A stretch of 63,999 bases of DNA, the filler included, from Dirinaria sp. TL-2023a (Eukaryota): the NCBI GenBank assembly GCA_051941275.1. It is 4 parts of 4 records of this genome, joined end to end, with 100 filler letters (N's around TTAATTAATTAA, not from the genome) between each part and the next. Parts side by side here need not be neighbours in the genome. Positions count along the whole stretch, not along the records: positions 16,747 to 33,376 come from JAVEBF010000478.1; positions 33,477 to 50,089 come from JAVEBF010000479.1; 2 more parts are not named here. The stretch is one strand, 5' to 3'. Within the stretch, counting starts at the first letter, position 1, and the number at the start of each line of letters is the position of its first letter. This document shows, piece by piece, positions 24,652-37,205 of this stretch. The notes under the pieces are model-generated. The model was not told the origin of the DNA. It ran no database searches and worked only from the letters and a program-made list of their open reading frames with translations. A program made the position numbers and the translations under genes.

Positions 24652-25764
24652 CTACTCTGCATCCTTCACATCTCTCTTGACATTGATCACATACCGCATC
24701 TGGCCCAAAACCGACTCGATTTCCTTCAAGACCTCTTCGTGAGCAGTGCCATTCCGCTCAGCCCTCTCTTTGATATCCTTGAGACTTCGCGCTTGCTCCG
24801 TCTTGTAGGCTTCAAAGATGCTCATGAGCTTGCTGTTTGTGGCTACAGATTTATCGAGTTCTCGCTTCATCTGCTCCGTAATGACCTTGTGGTGAGATAC
24901 CGTCTGCTTCTCCTTGGCAATTTCGTCGTTGTGTGCTTTGACATCCGAGCGTAGTTTCTGGATTTGACGCTTGTATCCCTCTTCCATGTTCTTCATCGCT
25001 TTGGCAAGAACATCGTATTGTGTCGTTGCCTGACGTTGCGCATCTAGTGCATCCATGGCCTGCTTCTTATGCTTATCCACGGACTCTTGTGCCTCCCGAC
25101 GGGTGATTCTGGCTTCGGCTTCGGCGTTTGCTCGTCTCGAGCGTTCCGCCTCGAGGTCAGCCTTCATATCAGTGATCTTGAGATCCGTCTTTTTCCGCGT
25201 TGTTTCTTCATGCTCGTGTTCGAATTCCAAGTGTTCGTTGCGATTTCGCAGTGTCTCAAGGGCCGACCGGGCTGATTCGCGTCGTTTGACTTCCTCTTCA
25301 AGCTTGAGTGTGGTGAGTGTCTGCTCGCGTCGAAGCCGGTCGTTTTCCCCCATCAGCCGGTCGATCACCCGCCCCGATTTGCCCAGCGAGGCGCGTCCGA
25401 CGGCAGCGGACCAAGCAGGACCTCCTGACTCGCTCGTAGGCGTACCAGGTTGTGAAGAGAGTTGAGTGTGCGAGAGCAGACCATCAGCGTCCGAGGAAGT
25501 AGGGGAGGAGAATCGGAGGATGTTTGCGGATTGTTTTGTGGGTGTTTCATCCGGTTGCGGAGTCTTTGCGGCGGCTTCGGAGTCACCATTGGGCTGAGTC
25601 GGTGAGCTTGACTGGGAAGTAAGATCTGCAAGACCGGTAAAGTTCATGGTGGTAGGAAAGAAGTCGAGTTTCTGGATTTTAGGCGGCTCTGTCGAGATGT
25701 GAGTTGGTGATTTTGCCTTCCTGCCAAAGAATGTACGCAGAGATTGGCGCAATTTGAAAGGCAT
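24652..25764 (-). CDS. Coiled-coil protein (She3-like family of Pezizomycotina)
   Basis: S/P-rich N-terminus, WSAAVGRASLGKSGRVIDRLMGENDRLRRE, then about 220 aa of heptad-rich E/K/R sequence. The family name is from recall. Confidence 0.7.
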   Translation of the reverse strand: MPFKLRQSLRTFFGRKAKSPTHISTEPPKIQKLDFFPTTMNFTGLADLTSQSSSPTQPNGDSEAAAKTPQPDETPTKQSANILRFSSPTSSDADGLLSHTQLSSQPGTPTSESGGPAWSAAVGRASLGKSGRVIDRLMGENDRLRREQTLTTLKLEEEVKRRESARSALETLRNRNEHLEFEHEHEETTRKKTDLKITDMKADLEAERSRRANAEAEARITRREAQESVDKHKKQAMDALDAQRQATTQYDVLAKAMKNMEEGYKRQIQKLRSDVKAHNDEIAKEKQTVSHHKVITEQMKRELDKSVATNSKLMSIFEAYKTEQARSLKDIKERAERNGTAHEEVLKEIESVLGQMRYVINVKRDVKDAE

Positions 25765-26829
25765 AAGGGCAAATGAGATGATAGATATGATAAGCAGGGT
25801 CTTAATCAGACTATGGCATACCTGCGGCCGTGCTTTCCCACTTGAATGCTCTCAAGCGGACTACTTCTGGCTGTGGGCTTACAGTACGTGATTTCATCGC
25901 GCCTGCCTTTTAGGCTGACTCTAATTCATTAGCTTCCTTCAAGTGTTGGCCAATTCCGTAGGATAATAATGATAAGCAAGCCAAAAATTGATTGTACATA
26001 AATGTATGGAGTCTTACACAAGCAGCAGATTGAACAAAAGTGAAGGTTGGAAGTCGGGAAAAGGAGAGCGCATGTTTAGATTAGTAGATAGACACGCAGG
26101 AACAACATGCAGTCGGTTGATTGGCTTAGAAGTGGCGTATGCGGGAACGTTTGTTAGCTGTCGATCACCCTTCGGAAGATCTGCAGCTCATCCCTCCGGG
26201 TGAGGCTCAGCTTGGCATTGGCAACGGCTCAGGCTCAGGCTCAGGCTACTTAGGTCTTACAGTAGTCTCCAGATAAGGTATCTGATACCTACAGTACAGT
26301 TATACAGTACCTGATACTGTTTCATCCAACCGCAGGCGTGAGGCATAGCGCTCCCGGTACAAGTATCATCTCGCTTCAACCCTGGGACAAAACCACTCAT
26401 TCTCGATCCATCCCGATCTTCAAGATCCTCGATCCTCTAATGAGACGTACAGGCGATCGCATTGTTATTCGCTTAATTGCTAGCCGCAGCCTTAATGAAG
26501 TACCGTAGCCGCAGGCGCAGATTGTCCTACTTTACAATTATCCTGCTCTTTTCGAAAGACATGATTGTGGCGGATACTCAGAGCGGTGTTTCCGTCGTGC
26601 ACACCGTCGAGAATCATGATACTTCATGCAATGTGGGGGAGGCGAGGCAGGGAGGGGAAATTTTAACAAACTCTATCGTACTGTCTACGCAGTATCACCG
26701 TATCATCCCCGGCGCAGTTCCACAATTAGATCTTGAAATATGTGTCCTTGCCTTCGAGGCTCAAATGATTACGTAGCACGATGGATTTCGAAACAAGCAG
26801 AGTGGTAGATGTCCTTCCAAGGCAACGTT

Positions 26830-28531
26830 TCAGCCCTTCTTTTTCTTGCCAGAAGCTTTGAACGCTGCACCTCTCTTACTGCTCCGTGTCCGCGGCTTGC
26901 CCTGCTTCTTCCCTGACCCGCCTAGCTTTAATGTTCCCTTGCCTTGTCGACTGCTCGCCCTGTAACCTTCGAAAATGAGCGTCTCAGGAGATTTGAGTAC
27001 TCCAGCCGGCTTTCGCTGTCCGTCGCTGCTCCCTCGAACTTGAGCAGCGCCCGCTCGCCCAAGAAGCTTGCCAGCTCGGCCCGATAGCGACCGGACTTCT
27101 GACGGTATTTTCGGTCTGTAGCCAGCTGTTTTCGCTTCATTGAGATCACCTCCAGTAGGACGAACAGCTGCGGACGGCCGGTTACCGGTTTTTCTGACGT
27201 TCTTTGCCCTTGTAACTCTCAACATGCGCGGTAGTAGAGGCGGGAACTTCTTGCCATCGTAAAGCAAAGCTTTCTCCACTCCGTTGGGGTCCGTAAACTG
27301 CACGTACGCAAATCCTTTTCCAACCCGAGTAGTCTTATCACGAATAACCCTAACGCTTTCCACTGTTCCAGCCTTGCTAAATTGTCTCCACAAACCCTCC
27401 TCAGCATCTGCTGGCTGTTTCCTTTTGCGAGGCCGATCACTGTTCGCTTCGTCCGCAGCAGCATTGACGCTGCTTTCATCATCAACGAACGAAAGGTTTC
27501 CGACAAAAACACATCTTCTGTGATCGATTTTAGCTGGATGTGCTACTGAGTCGACGCGCAGGTGCCGGTCCAGGACCATCGTCCCGTTTAACCGCTTAGT
27601 TGCTTCCCTGGCTGCCAATTGTGTCGTATATACCGCGTAAGCATTGGTACTCTGAGTGGTAGAATCCATGAGCTCTTTCCTCGCAAATGCAGCCTTTTTT
27701 GGAACAGTAGTGCTGGAGAATGCCGTGGAGCGGAAGCGCAACGATTCAACCATAAGATTGGGCGTCTGATCTGCTAGCGTAGGGAGAAAAGATGAGAGGT
27801 GTTCAAGTAGGACTTTTTTTCCTTGCTTGGATTTGATAGCGGTCGTAGAGACATTCCCCAGAAAGACGGTCCTAGCAGCTTTCTCGAGGCCTGATTCGGT
27901 GCTGAAGGCGTCAAGGGTTTCATGTCGTGGCACGTCGGCCAGAGTTTCGTCCCCTTCCTCACCTGTGACAATCTCAAAGCTACCTGAGTCCAATTGCCCC
28001 TCATTAGGGGCTGGTGATCCGTGACGAACAGATGTAGCGGGCGACTCGACTCGTTGTTGCTTAGGCCTTTTAGCCTCTTCCCGAGCCTCTTCTTTCGCCA
28101 ATTTTTGCATATAGGTTCCCTCTATATTATCCTCGAGATGCTTGCGCTTCCGCTTTCGGTTTGGTTCTGGAGCTTGTGCTGAATCGGTATTCAATGCCTC
28201 TTCTTCAACACTTTCCTCTCTCAAGACGGCAGCTCCTGTGACTTCCATATTCGTTTCTTCTCCAGATGTTGCCCCATCCTCGAAGGTGTTTCCACCCGGT
28301 TGATTGATGGCTCCATTTAGCGGAGTTGCGTTGATCTTAGAGAGGGATGGAAGACGATCCTTTTGATTCGTTTTTACGGGACCAAGCTAATAAGACAATC
28401 AGCCGCACAGCCATGTAGTCAGATTGTTCGAAATTCATACTCACACTGGAAGCGAAAAGATCAGTGAGGACAGGGTCATGGGTTTTTGGGAGGGTTAACG
28501 GTGGCTGGACCACGTTTTTTTGTCTTCCCAT
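26830..28531 (-). CDS. NOP12: Nucleolar RRM protein Nop12 (RBM34)
   Basis: Exon 1 MGRQK..DPVLTDLFASS, RTVFLGNV, ESLRFRS, TNAYAVY, RHLRVDSVAHP, RCVFVGNLSF, VRVIRDKTTRVGKGFAYVQF, basic C-terminus. Confidence 0.92.
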
Positions 28532-28811
28532 GCTGAGGCAGACGCGGCTTTTCCTTGTGTCGGCGAGGTAGGGTCATATGATCATGATGTTATTTTCGAA
28601 TCAAACTCTCAAAGTCATTAGAGCACCCTAAGTGCGTGCTTCTTGTCGGCCCTGCAAGCTGCATCAGCCCTATCGGGTGATCGACGATACGAAGCGGCCC
28701 GACTTGGCCGAAGGGGGATTGAGTCCTTTGCTTTCTGATGATACCTTAGCCAAACCTCCGCCAAATCTTATCGTAACACAATATAGAGCAGTGAATACAG
28801 TAGACTGGAGA

Positions 28812-30346
28812 ATGTCAGCAGATTTCTCTTTCAATTTCGACGACGAAGACATTGAGAGGGGTTCGGACGCGGAGCAGCATTCTTCCCACAATCTTCAGGA
28901 GAGAGGGAACGCATATGTGGGCCTTGAGCCTCAAGTCCATTCTCTACAAGATCTGGTATGACGCACCTGCTCTCTTTTGTGGATGTAAAGCTTCGAAGTT
29001 CATGTCAAGCGTCTCTTTTCCTTTTGCTAAATACTATTCATTAGACAGGGAGCAAAGAAGGTCGAAGGATGTGACGCGAAACACGGCTGGCATTTCATCA
29101 ATTTCATCTGGTATTGCTACTGATCCCTTAGTACATGTGCGTCCTGCATACTATACTTGTTCTCTGACTTTTGTTGTCTTATTTTCTAATGCCTAGCGAA
29201 AACATCAATTTGTCATGTTATACTGTTAAATATTAAATATCGACCCTGGACTCTCGTAGAGACATGGCATCCATCTCCTGGATTGTTGTAGCGCCGGCTG
29301 ATGTTTCAAAACAATAGTAGCTCACCAAAATCCCCTCCCAAATCTCATACAATACCTTCAGTATCACAAGTAGCAATGGCACCGCGATCCCACTTCCTCG
29401 CCGCGAAATATTCGACATCCGAGCGCAGCTTATGGCCGAGGATCCGTTGTCACTTGAGGAGCCAGTAGCTGGTCTTTCTAGTGATGACATCACGCCAAAT
29501 GTCTACGAAGGTGGCTTCAAGACCTGGGAATGTTCTGTGGACCTTGCAGAATACCTGCTCCGTCACGTCGAGGAAAACCCATCCAGTGTGTCAAAGGATA
29601 TCAACTTTACCGAGGTATAATCACACTCTTTCAAACAACGCCTTGTATTTAACCACGAAGCGGACGACTACTGACGTTCGGTCTCAAAGCTTGGTGCAGG
29701 CTCAGCTCTTTCGACGCTCGCGTTCTTCCAATATCTGCTGTCACGAACCTCTAATCCTCAACCAAACTCACCGAAGATCAGCTTGACAGTCAGCGACTAC
29801 AATGTCTCCGTGCTGACTCTTTCCACAATACCGAATCTGCTGCTCACATGGTGCGCTCATCGCACACTCCTGCCTCGTCAAGGTAGTGGCGATTTGGAAG
29901 TTTCACCTGAGCTGTGCAAGGAGTTCATTGCAGACTTAGAGAGCCGGACTATCGAAGTTTGTGTCGTCTCTGGCTCTTGGGGGGCCCGCCTTGCTGAACT
30001 AATCCCCACTTTTCCACCCAATACTTCTGTTCCTCCACCAACACTCATTCTAGCGAGTGAGACAATATACTCTCCTGACACGCTCGCTTCGTTCACGGAT
30101 ACACTGATTGGAATTATGCGGGCAGCTGAGAAGGTTGGAAGAACAGTCGTGGGTCTTGTAGCGGCAAAGAAGATGTATTTTGGTGTAGGTGGAGGAGTTG
30201 ATGAATTCTCAAAAGCCTTACAGGAGAGAGGTGGAGAAGCAGTGGTAGTATGGGAAAGTGACGGACCGGGAGTGGGAAGGGCGATATTGGAGGTCAAAGC
30301 TACCTGCTTTGGAAAAGACAATGATGAATGGATGCAGAACGTATAG
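28812..30346 (+). CDS. HPM1: Histidine protein methyltransferase 1 (Rpl3 methylase, METTL18 family), 3 exons
   Basis: MSADFSFNF; PRREIFDIRAQLMAED; YEGGFKTWECSVDL; E/LGAGS; ILASETIYSP; AAKKMYFGVGGGVDEF. Confidence 0.9.
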
Positions 30347-30619
30347 CAAGTCGCCATCCTTGATCAGGGATGAGGTTTATCACAGCCAATAGTTCTTGAA
30401 CATGTGATTCAAAGACTCGATGGCCCCTACCAACACGGCTTTAGTTGATGTAAATTTTTGCTTCAGGGTACATTTTAGGTCAAGTATGCAATGACTTATT
30501 AAACTTGTTAAGACATAAATTTTGGACGATCTACCATAAGCTACAAGGACCCGGACCTCTATTCTTTTGCACATTATTAGTTCTCCAGGAAGCATTAGGT
30601 TCTTCTTGTAAGAGTACGA

Positions 30620-31596
30620 CTACCACCACTGGGCGGGGCCAAGCCCAGGATCCATCATAGAACCCTGCAACCAAACCCTCTCAGTGCTTATCCTTGTGAA
30701 TCGGGACTGACAACGCGGGATAGAAGAAGAATCTACTTACAGTGATACTATAAGGACTCTTTCTCTCGCCGACCGCCACTTTTTCCCTTTCCGCCGGCGC
30801 TACCGGGCTCAAGTCATGCCAAGTTTCACTTTCAACCCGCAATCGAACCCAGTCCTGCTTGTCGTAGTAATACTCTACGTTCCAGACCCAGACTTGTTCC
30901 TCGAAGTTACTGCCAAGAGGCCATGGTATGAGCACGGATGCATACACATGAAAAGAGTGGGAAAGAATTAGACAAGGGATAGGAGAATCAGGGTTGAACG
31001 TACAATATACTGTTTTCTTGCAATAGATCCTTCGGGACCCAGATATCGTCGAAGAAGCCAAGAGAGACTGATCAAGAACAATGAGAGACTAAGGCAAGGG
31101 AAGTATGGGAAGGGAGAAACAAAGAAAGTATTTACCCTTAATACCGAATTCCGAAGCACCTTGGATTTGGCCCGTGATGATTTCGCCTTTGAAGGGGCGG
31201 AAGACTATGAGTCGGAATTGCACTACGTATGATTAGCGTTGCATTGAGCTTTTGCACACAGGGAAGTCACCATTGACATTGGCAATCCCTGTACCGTGTC
31301 CGATAAGACCGTCCGAGGCCTCAAGTATGTCGTAGAGGCAGACGCAGAGACCGATCTTTTGGATTACCTGACCAAATTTGAGTTGCAATGCTTTTGAAAA
31401 CCTGATCCCATGCTTTGCGTAGGCAATACCTTGTTTGCATATTTGGCATTGATATTGTCTGTGATCGCCTCTCCGCTCGACTTCTGAAAGTCCTCAGGCG
31501 TGATCTGCACTAGATCTGAGATGGTGGTCTGCCTTCATCAGCATATTGTTGCCTCGTCCGGTGGGTTTGAGAGAATTGGTTTACAAGTATGAACAT
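30620..31596 (-). CDS. RPC25: RNA polymerase III subunit C25 (Rpc8), multi-exon
   Basis: Spliced MFIL/TTISDLVQITPEDF..INAKYANK/VIQKIGLCVCLYDI..GLIGHGTG../FRLIVFRPFKGEII..EQVWVW../SMMDPGLGPAQWW*. Confidence 0.93.
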
Positions 31597-31830
31597 TTCT
31601 TTACCCACATGATCGCATGCTTGATGAATACGGAAGACGCGCCGTCTTTTCTTGCGGATGCAGATCAAGATCTTAGGTACAATTTGCAACACACCTCCAG
31701 CGGGGTCGAGGTCTTTCCCGCTCCACCCCTCTCTCCCCTCCGCCTGTCTTGGCACCCGACGGACCCCTTTTCCTACCCACTCCGCAAAATTTCTATCACC
31801 AATCACTAAACTCTCTTTCAACGACGAACT

Positions 31831-33376
31831 ATGCCATCTCTGTACCCGCCGCACATCGAGCGCCGAAAAACGACCAGCGCTGGCTTTGGCCTTTTCACGT
31901 CCAAAGAAATACCCGCTGGACAATTGATCTTCAAGATCGACCGTCCACTCGTATTAGTGTTGGACTCTGCACGATTGACAGATACTTGCGAGTGGTGTTT
32001 GAAGAACGTGCAGGATGGTGCTGGGGAAGGGGTGAGTCTAAAGGCTTGTACGGGTTGCAAAGTTGTCAGATACTGCTCGAAGGTTGGTGTGTGATCATCT
32101 CTTATGTATTTGATAATTGCATACATGCATTATACATAGTGAAGAAAAAGAGCATTGCGATCCATCTTGAACATCAACTTCTGTATAAATTCATGCTCCT
32201 TGATGCTTCTTCTGAGCGCGGTTGCCAATATCATCAAGCCATACAAAGTTTGGTCGAACACAGCCCTTTGCATTTTTCTCTTGCTTTTCCTCTTTTCGGA
32301 ATTCATAGCTTCGAAATCCCCCTAATCGCCCACATTCGATCGCTCATAAGCTTCAGCAATGCCAAAACGCCTCCTGGCGGCCGCACCATCGGCGCCTCTG
32401 CCCCATCTTCCAACGCCTTTACCCCAAGATCCTTCCGAACACAGTTCGTGCCATTCTCTCTCTTTTCCTTCGGCACTCCACCAAAACCATCCCAGATGAT
32501 GAATGGAAATCATTCCTCTCTCTGCAATCCCATATCACAGACTTCAAACTGCAGAACGCATCCGGGGCGAAGAACGAAGATGGCCTCAGTACGTGGCAGA
32601 CGATAGAGCTGATGAGCCAAGCGGCGAAGTCGTACGGAAATTTGCAGGAAGACTTGGGGGTGATCCAAGAGGCCACAGCACGAGTACGCTCTAAATTTTT
32701 ATTTCGACCTTGCTCTCAAAGTCCCCAATAACTGAAAGAAAAAAAACCCACGTACAGATCCTAACAAACACCCACACCCTCACAACCCCGACTCTCGACC
32801 CCCTAGGCCTCTGCCTCTCGCCCCTCTCCGCACGCCTAAACCATTCCTGCGAGCCCAATACATTCATCGTCTTCTCCGGCCCCACCCTCTCCGTGCGCTC
32901 CCTAACCCCCATCACTCCAAATACAGAACTCACAATCTCCTACATCGACAACACGGTCCCTTACTCCCTGCGCAATCACGAACTGTCCACGCGGTATTTC
33001 TTCACCTGCACCTGCTCCCTCTGCTCCACCGCCAACCCCTCCCCAGAATCAAAAAAAGAAAACGAAGAAGAAGAAAAAACATCCGCGCTACTCACCCGTC
33101 TCAAAACCTCCTCCCCGAACGAATCCCTCTCCCTCCTCTCAGACGCTCTAAAAGCCGCGCCTCCAGCCCACAGATACCCCACGCCCGCGCTCACAAACCA
33201 GATGCTGCTGACGGCGCTCTCGCTGAAACGATGGGGGCTGGCCCTGCAGACGGCCCTGCAGAGGCACGAGGTCATCGATCCGGCGCTGTACGTCCAGGAA
33301 TGGCATCCTGTGCGGGTGGTGAACGCGTGGGTTCTGTGTAGGCTGTTGGTGCAGGTGGCGGAGACGGTGGGCGGGC
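31831..33376 (+). CDS. SET-MYND (SMYD-type) lysine methyltransferase, 3' end cut by spacer
   Basis: GFGLFTSKEIPAGQLI, MYND CEWC..CTGCKVVRYCSK/QCQ..W..H...C, SET motifs LNHSCEPN and ELTISYID, post-SET YFFTCTCSLC. Confidence 0.9.
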
Positions 33377-33476
33377 NNNNNNNNNNNNNNNNNNNNNNNN
33401 NNNNNNNNNNNNNNNNNNNNTTAATTAATTAANNNNNNNNNNNNNNNNNNNNNNNNNNNNNNNNNNNNNNNNNNNN
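33377..33476. other. Artificial assembly spacer
   Basis: N44-TTAATTAATTAA-N44. Confidence 0.97.
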
Positions 33477-34109
33477 GAAGGGGGAAACGACAGACCCCAA
33501 GTTTGGTGGCGCTGTACACGGGCAGGTTCTGCTCGGGCGCATACGCCGTCGCGCTCGCCGTGACCACGATGCTGCCTCCCTTGCGGTTGTTCCGCGCCCG
33601 CATGCAGCTGACCGCCAACTTGACGAACATGACCACGCCCTTGAAATTGACGTCCACGACGCCGAAGCGCGGCTCCAGCAGCTCCCCGCTCTCCTCGTCG
33701 TACCGGTCCTCGAAATACGGCTGGTCCTCGGACACGCCCGCGTTGGCGATGGCGATGTCCACGCTGCCCCCGGCTCGCGCGAAGGCGGATTTCAGGTCCG
33801 ACCAGCTCGTCGTATCGCATTGGATGAAGGTGCTGTTGTTCGGTGGGGGGGATAGGTCGTTCTCCCCCGGGGGGTGCAGATCGAGGAGGTACGTTCTGGC
33901 GCCTTTGGAAGCGAGGATCCGCGCTGCGGCGAGCCCGATGCCTGAGGAGCCTCCTGCATGGGGATTTGTTTTTTAGCATGAGTTTTTTTGGTTCTGGGAT
34001 TGTGAGCGGACGGGGACGGGGATGTGCTTTTTCGATACGTGCCTGTTATGAGAGCAACTTTGCCTTCGAGCGAAGGGATATCGTTTTCGGAGATCTGGAG
34101 TGAGGTCAT
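33477..34109 (-). CDS. Short-chain dehydrogenase/reductase, 3' end cut by spacer
   Basis: KVALITG/GSSGIG Rossmann motif across an intron, [13 protein letters not shown], catalytic YSATK. Confidence 0.92.
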
Positions 34110-34520
34110 GATTGATGTCTTTTGGCACTAAAGCATGCGAAAGCAATAATGTGTCGCTATGGCTGGGGTGGAGATCAGGAACAGGCAAAAAGCATTATAA
34201 CTATGACTGCCACGGGCTGGAATGCTCACTGCATACAAGCGTCTCCTCCCAGCTGCCCGCATTAGCTTGCATACTCGACTCGTACCATGGGCTTTCCGAA
34301 AAGGCTCATCATCCGAACCGAAGCAAGCTCCCGGTGGTGCATGTCTGGGTATCAAGGATTGAGCCCAAGGGGGCGAAAGTAAGTTAGCTTCGTTTCCGAG
34401 GCACCAAACATCATTCATGCAAGATGAGAAATGAGCACGGAGACTTGCAAGGTTTTGCGGTTGAAGATGAAGACACTTTCTGGCTGATTTGGTTCCTACG
34501 TGTTGATAAATTTTACATAA

Positions 34521-36370
34521 TTACGCTGCTGCTTCTTCCATGTCTCTTTTTTTAACCCTTATTCTTAGCTCGGGCTTCTGCCACAACATTGCCATTCTTG
34601 AGTCCCTGAGCCAGTCCACATCCTTGTTCAGTAGCTGCATGTCATACGTCCATAGGAGCTTGCCCAATATCAAGCCCAACTCCATCCATGCCAGGCTGTA
34701 GCATGCGTCAGTTCTCTCTGTCTATCTCTGTCTACATAAGAGAGGTGGGAGATCTTACTTGCGGCCCAAGCAGCTTCGCGCGCCGAGTGAAAAGGGCTGG
34801 GACGCTTCGAGATCATCTTTCGTTTCTCCCTTCAGCCACCGCTCCGGGCGGAACTCTAATGGTGAACCGAAATTTTGTGGAGACAAATTAGCAGCGAGAG
34901 GATTTGTGGACACGACGGTCTAAACGTTTGTTAGAGATAAAACAAGTACAAACAAATTTTCACGAACTGCTTCTGGTATGAAGTTTCCATCCACCGTATC
35001 TCCACCCTTTGGCACGACTCTTGGAAGAGGCAGCGGTAGAGGAGGGTACATTCGCATTGCTTCTAGGGCCAAGGCATGCAGGTATTTCAACTGTGACACC
35101 GCTGTTGCATTGATATCTTCATATCTTGCGAAGTTCGTTCGGACCTCTGTGGTGGCTTTGGCGTAAATATCGGGGTCTTTCAGGATATAATAAGTGATGC
35201 AACTCAAAGTAGTAGCTGTAGTCTCACTACCAGCTATGCTGATTCTCCTTTTAGCTGAAGCGGACTTTGAGTGATCGGGCGAGCCATATTGCCTACTCAC
35301 ACGAAATCTGAAGCATGTGCAGCAATCTGAACGTCCTTGAGCTCTTGAGACTTGTCCTCAAGCATTCGTGTTAAGAAATCGGGCCGAGTGCTTGGGTTGT
35401 GAAGTCTCCTGTTCGTAGACGTTAGACCGTTTGCATATAGACGCCCAAAAACCCACTTTTTGATCAGCGCCATTGTGTAGGCTTCATGTGTCTTCGTGTC
35501 TTCGATCCAAGCTTCAAGCTTCTTTGGCATAATAAATTTGAAGATCGTGGCGAAGAGAGGAAAGCGGTTCATTGTATCAGCGAGGGAACTTTGACTGATT
35601 GCTTTGATGACAAGAGATATCCAAGGATGCTGCAATCCTACGTCTCCCATCAGAAAAAACTTGACGTTGGCCTTGGGCTAGTTCTTTACCAGATTTCACG
35701 CCTCCAAAAGATTCTCCGAATGCTAAGGACCCGATGATATCAAACGTCGTCAAGTTATACCATACCACAATGTCCACCCCTGCTTCGTCTGACGCACGAA
35801 TGCCTAGTTGCGTCACAAATTCGTTCACCACTTCGTTTATTAACGGTTCTTGAGCTTTCAATGATTTTTCCGAGAATGCATGACTAAGAAACTTTCTCAT
35901 CTCTCCATGTATTCCGGGATCGCGCTCGCTAATAATAGAATGTGCTTGGTCTGCGAAGACTCCGCCATCGTAGAAGGTGCTCTTGATGAAAGGCTTGTGA
36001 CCCTGGCGAAAACCGTAGATATCACGCCAGGATGCCGCTGTGTTGAATGAAAGATCATTGGGCGCCGTCCTCACTAATGGACCGTACCTTTTGTGTAGAT
36101 CTAGTAGTTGAAATGGCTGCCGTCCTCCCAGAAACCAGTACGAATGCAGTACATTGCTGAAAGATGCTACGAAAGGACCGGGAAACTTATACAAAGGATG
36201 CTGGATGTGTTTGCGCACAGCAAGAGCAATTATGAGAAGTAGGAGCTCGCGGTGTCAGTCAAACTCTATACCTACCATTTTACGATAGCAAAACTTACTC
36301 CCAGTGCAATTGTCCCCCTAGAACAACTTAGATGTCGAATGAGGTCATCCGAAGCTAAGGCAGAGCCCAT
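34521..36370 (-). CDS. Cytochrome P450 #1 (CYP65/Tri11-like), multi-exon, intact
   Basis: HPLYKFPGP, YGPLVRTAPNDLSF, AGSETT, EAMR, PERW, heme motif PFSLGARSCLG; exons join in frame via GT-AG introns. Confidence 0.93.
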
Positions 36371-37205
36371 CGTGATAAAGTCTATCGAGCGCTCAGCAAA
36401 CGTGACCAGAGTACACAAATCTCTGATTGCGCACAGTATGGGCTTTTCACCAGATGGAGTTTTTGCCGTCACAACTTATCAGGTGCCTGCCGCCAGCCTT
36501 GCACGACACTCCCGGTGCGCCTTGCCATGATCGGTATGACTGTAACATTGCATGCTCTTCTGCTAGATTGGGAAAACCCCCTTTGTCATATGTTGATCCT
36601 CCAAAAAAATGCAGCCTTGCCTGAGGACCAGAGTTCAGAAAAAGAAATTTTCCGAGGGCCATTTGCTCCGGATGCAACGCAACTCGGCTGAGTTGATTAT
36701 GACGCCAAGGGCAAGCGTAGTGAACAAGCCACCTTTGGGCTTTTGAAAAGCGGAGACATCTTAGCGTTGCTGGTGTTGCTCTATCAGGCATCTTACTGTA
36801 CTCGTACCTACTGATTCCCTCAGGCGTCGGATCTTTGAATTCGGAAATTTTCCGACGAGGTCTTGGCGGGAACAATACAAGATTCCCGATTCGGTCATTA
36901 ACTATCTCGGGTTAGCTTGCTCTCACGGTGTATTAGGTACCTTACCTGCAGACATCCTGTAAATTTTCAAGCAGGGGTTAATAATGTACGTAATTTACAT
37001 CCTGGATGAGAGATGACCCCATTAGGTAAAGGTAGAATCTTCTTCAATCCTCCAGCATCGACCATACCAGCCTTGCGACAAAAGATGGCCCCCTAGTCGT
37101 TCTGGGCGAAGCAACTGGGGACCTGCTGATTATCTTTTTGCCCCCTTAATTGGATCTGGTTTTGTCTGGTGCTCTCACCCACCCCAGAGGTGAGATCGAA
37201 ACATC

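Noticed and set aside
36427..36875. ORFs in the P450 #1/#2 intergenic region
   Set aside because: They have no recognisable motifs, several use non-ATG starts, and the region looks like a divergent promoter.
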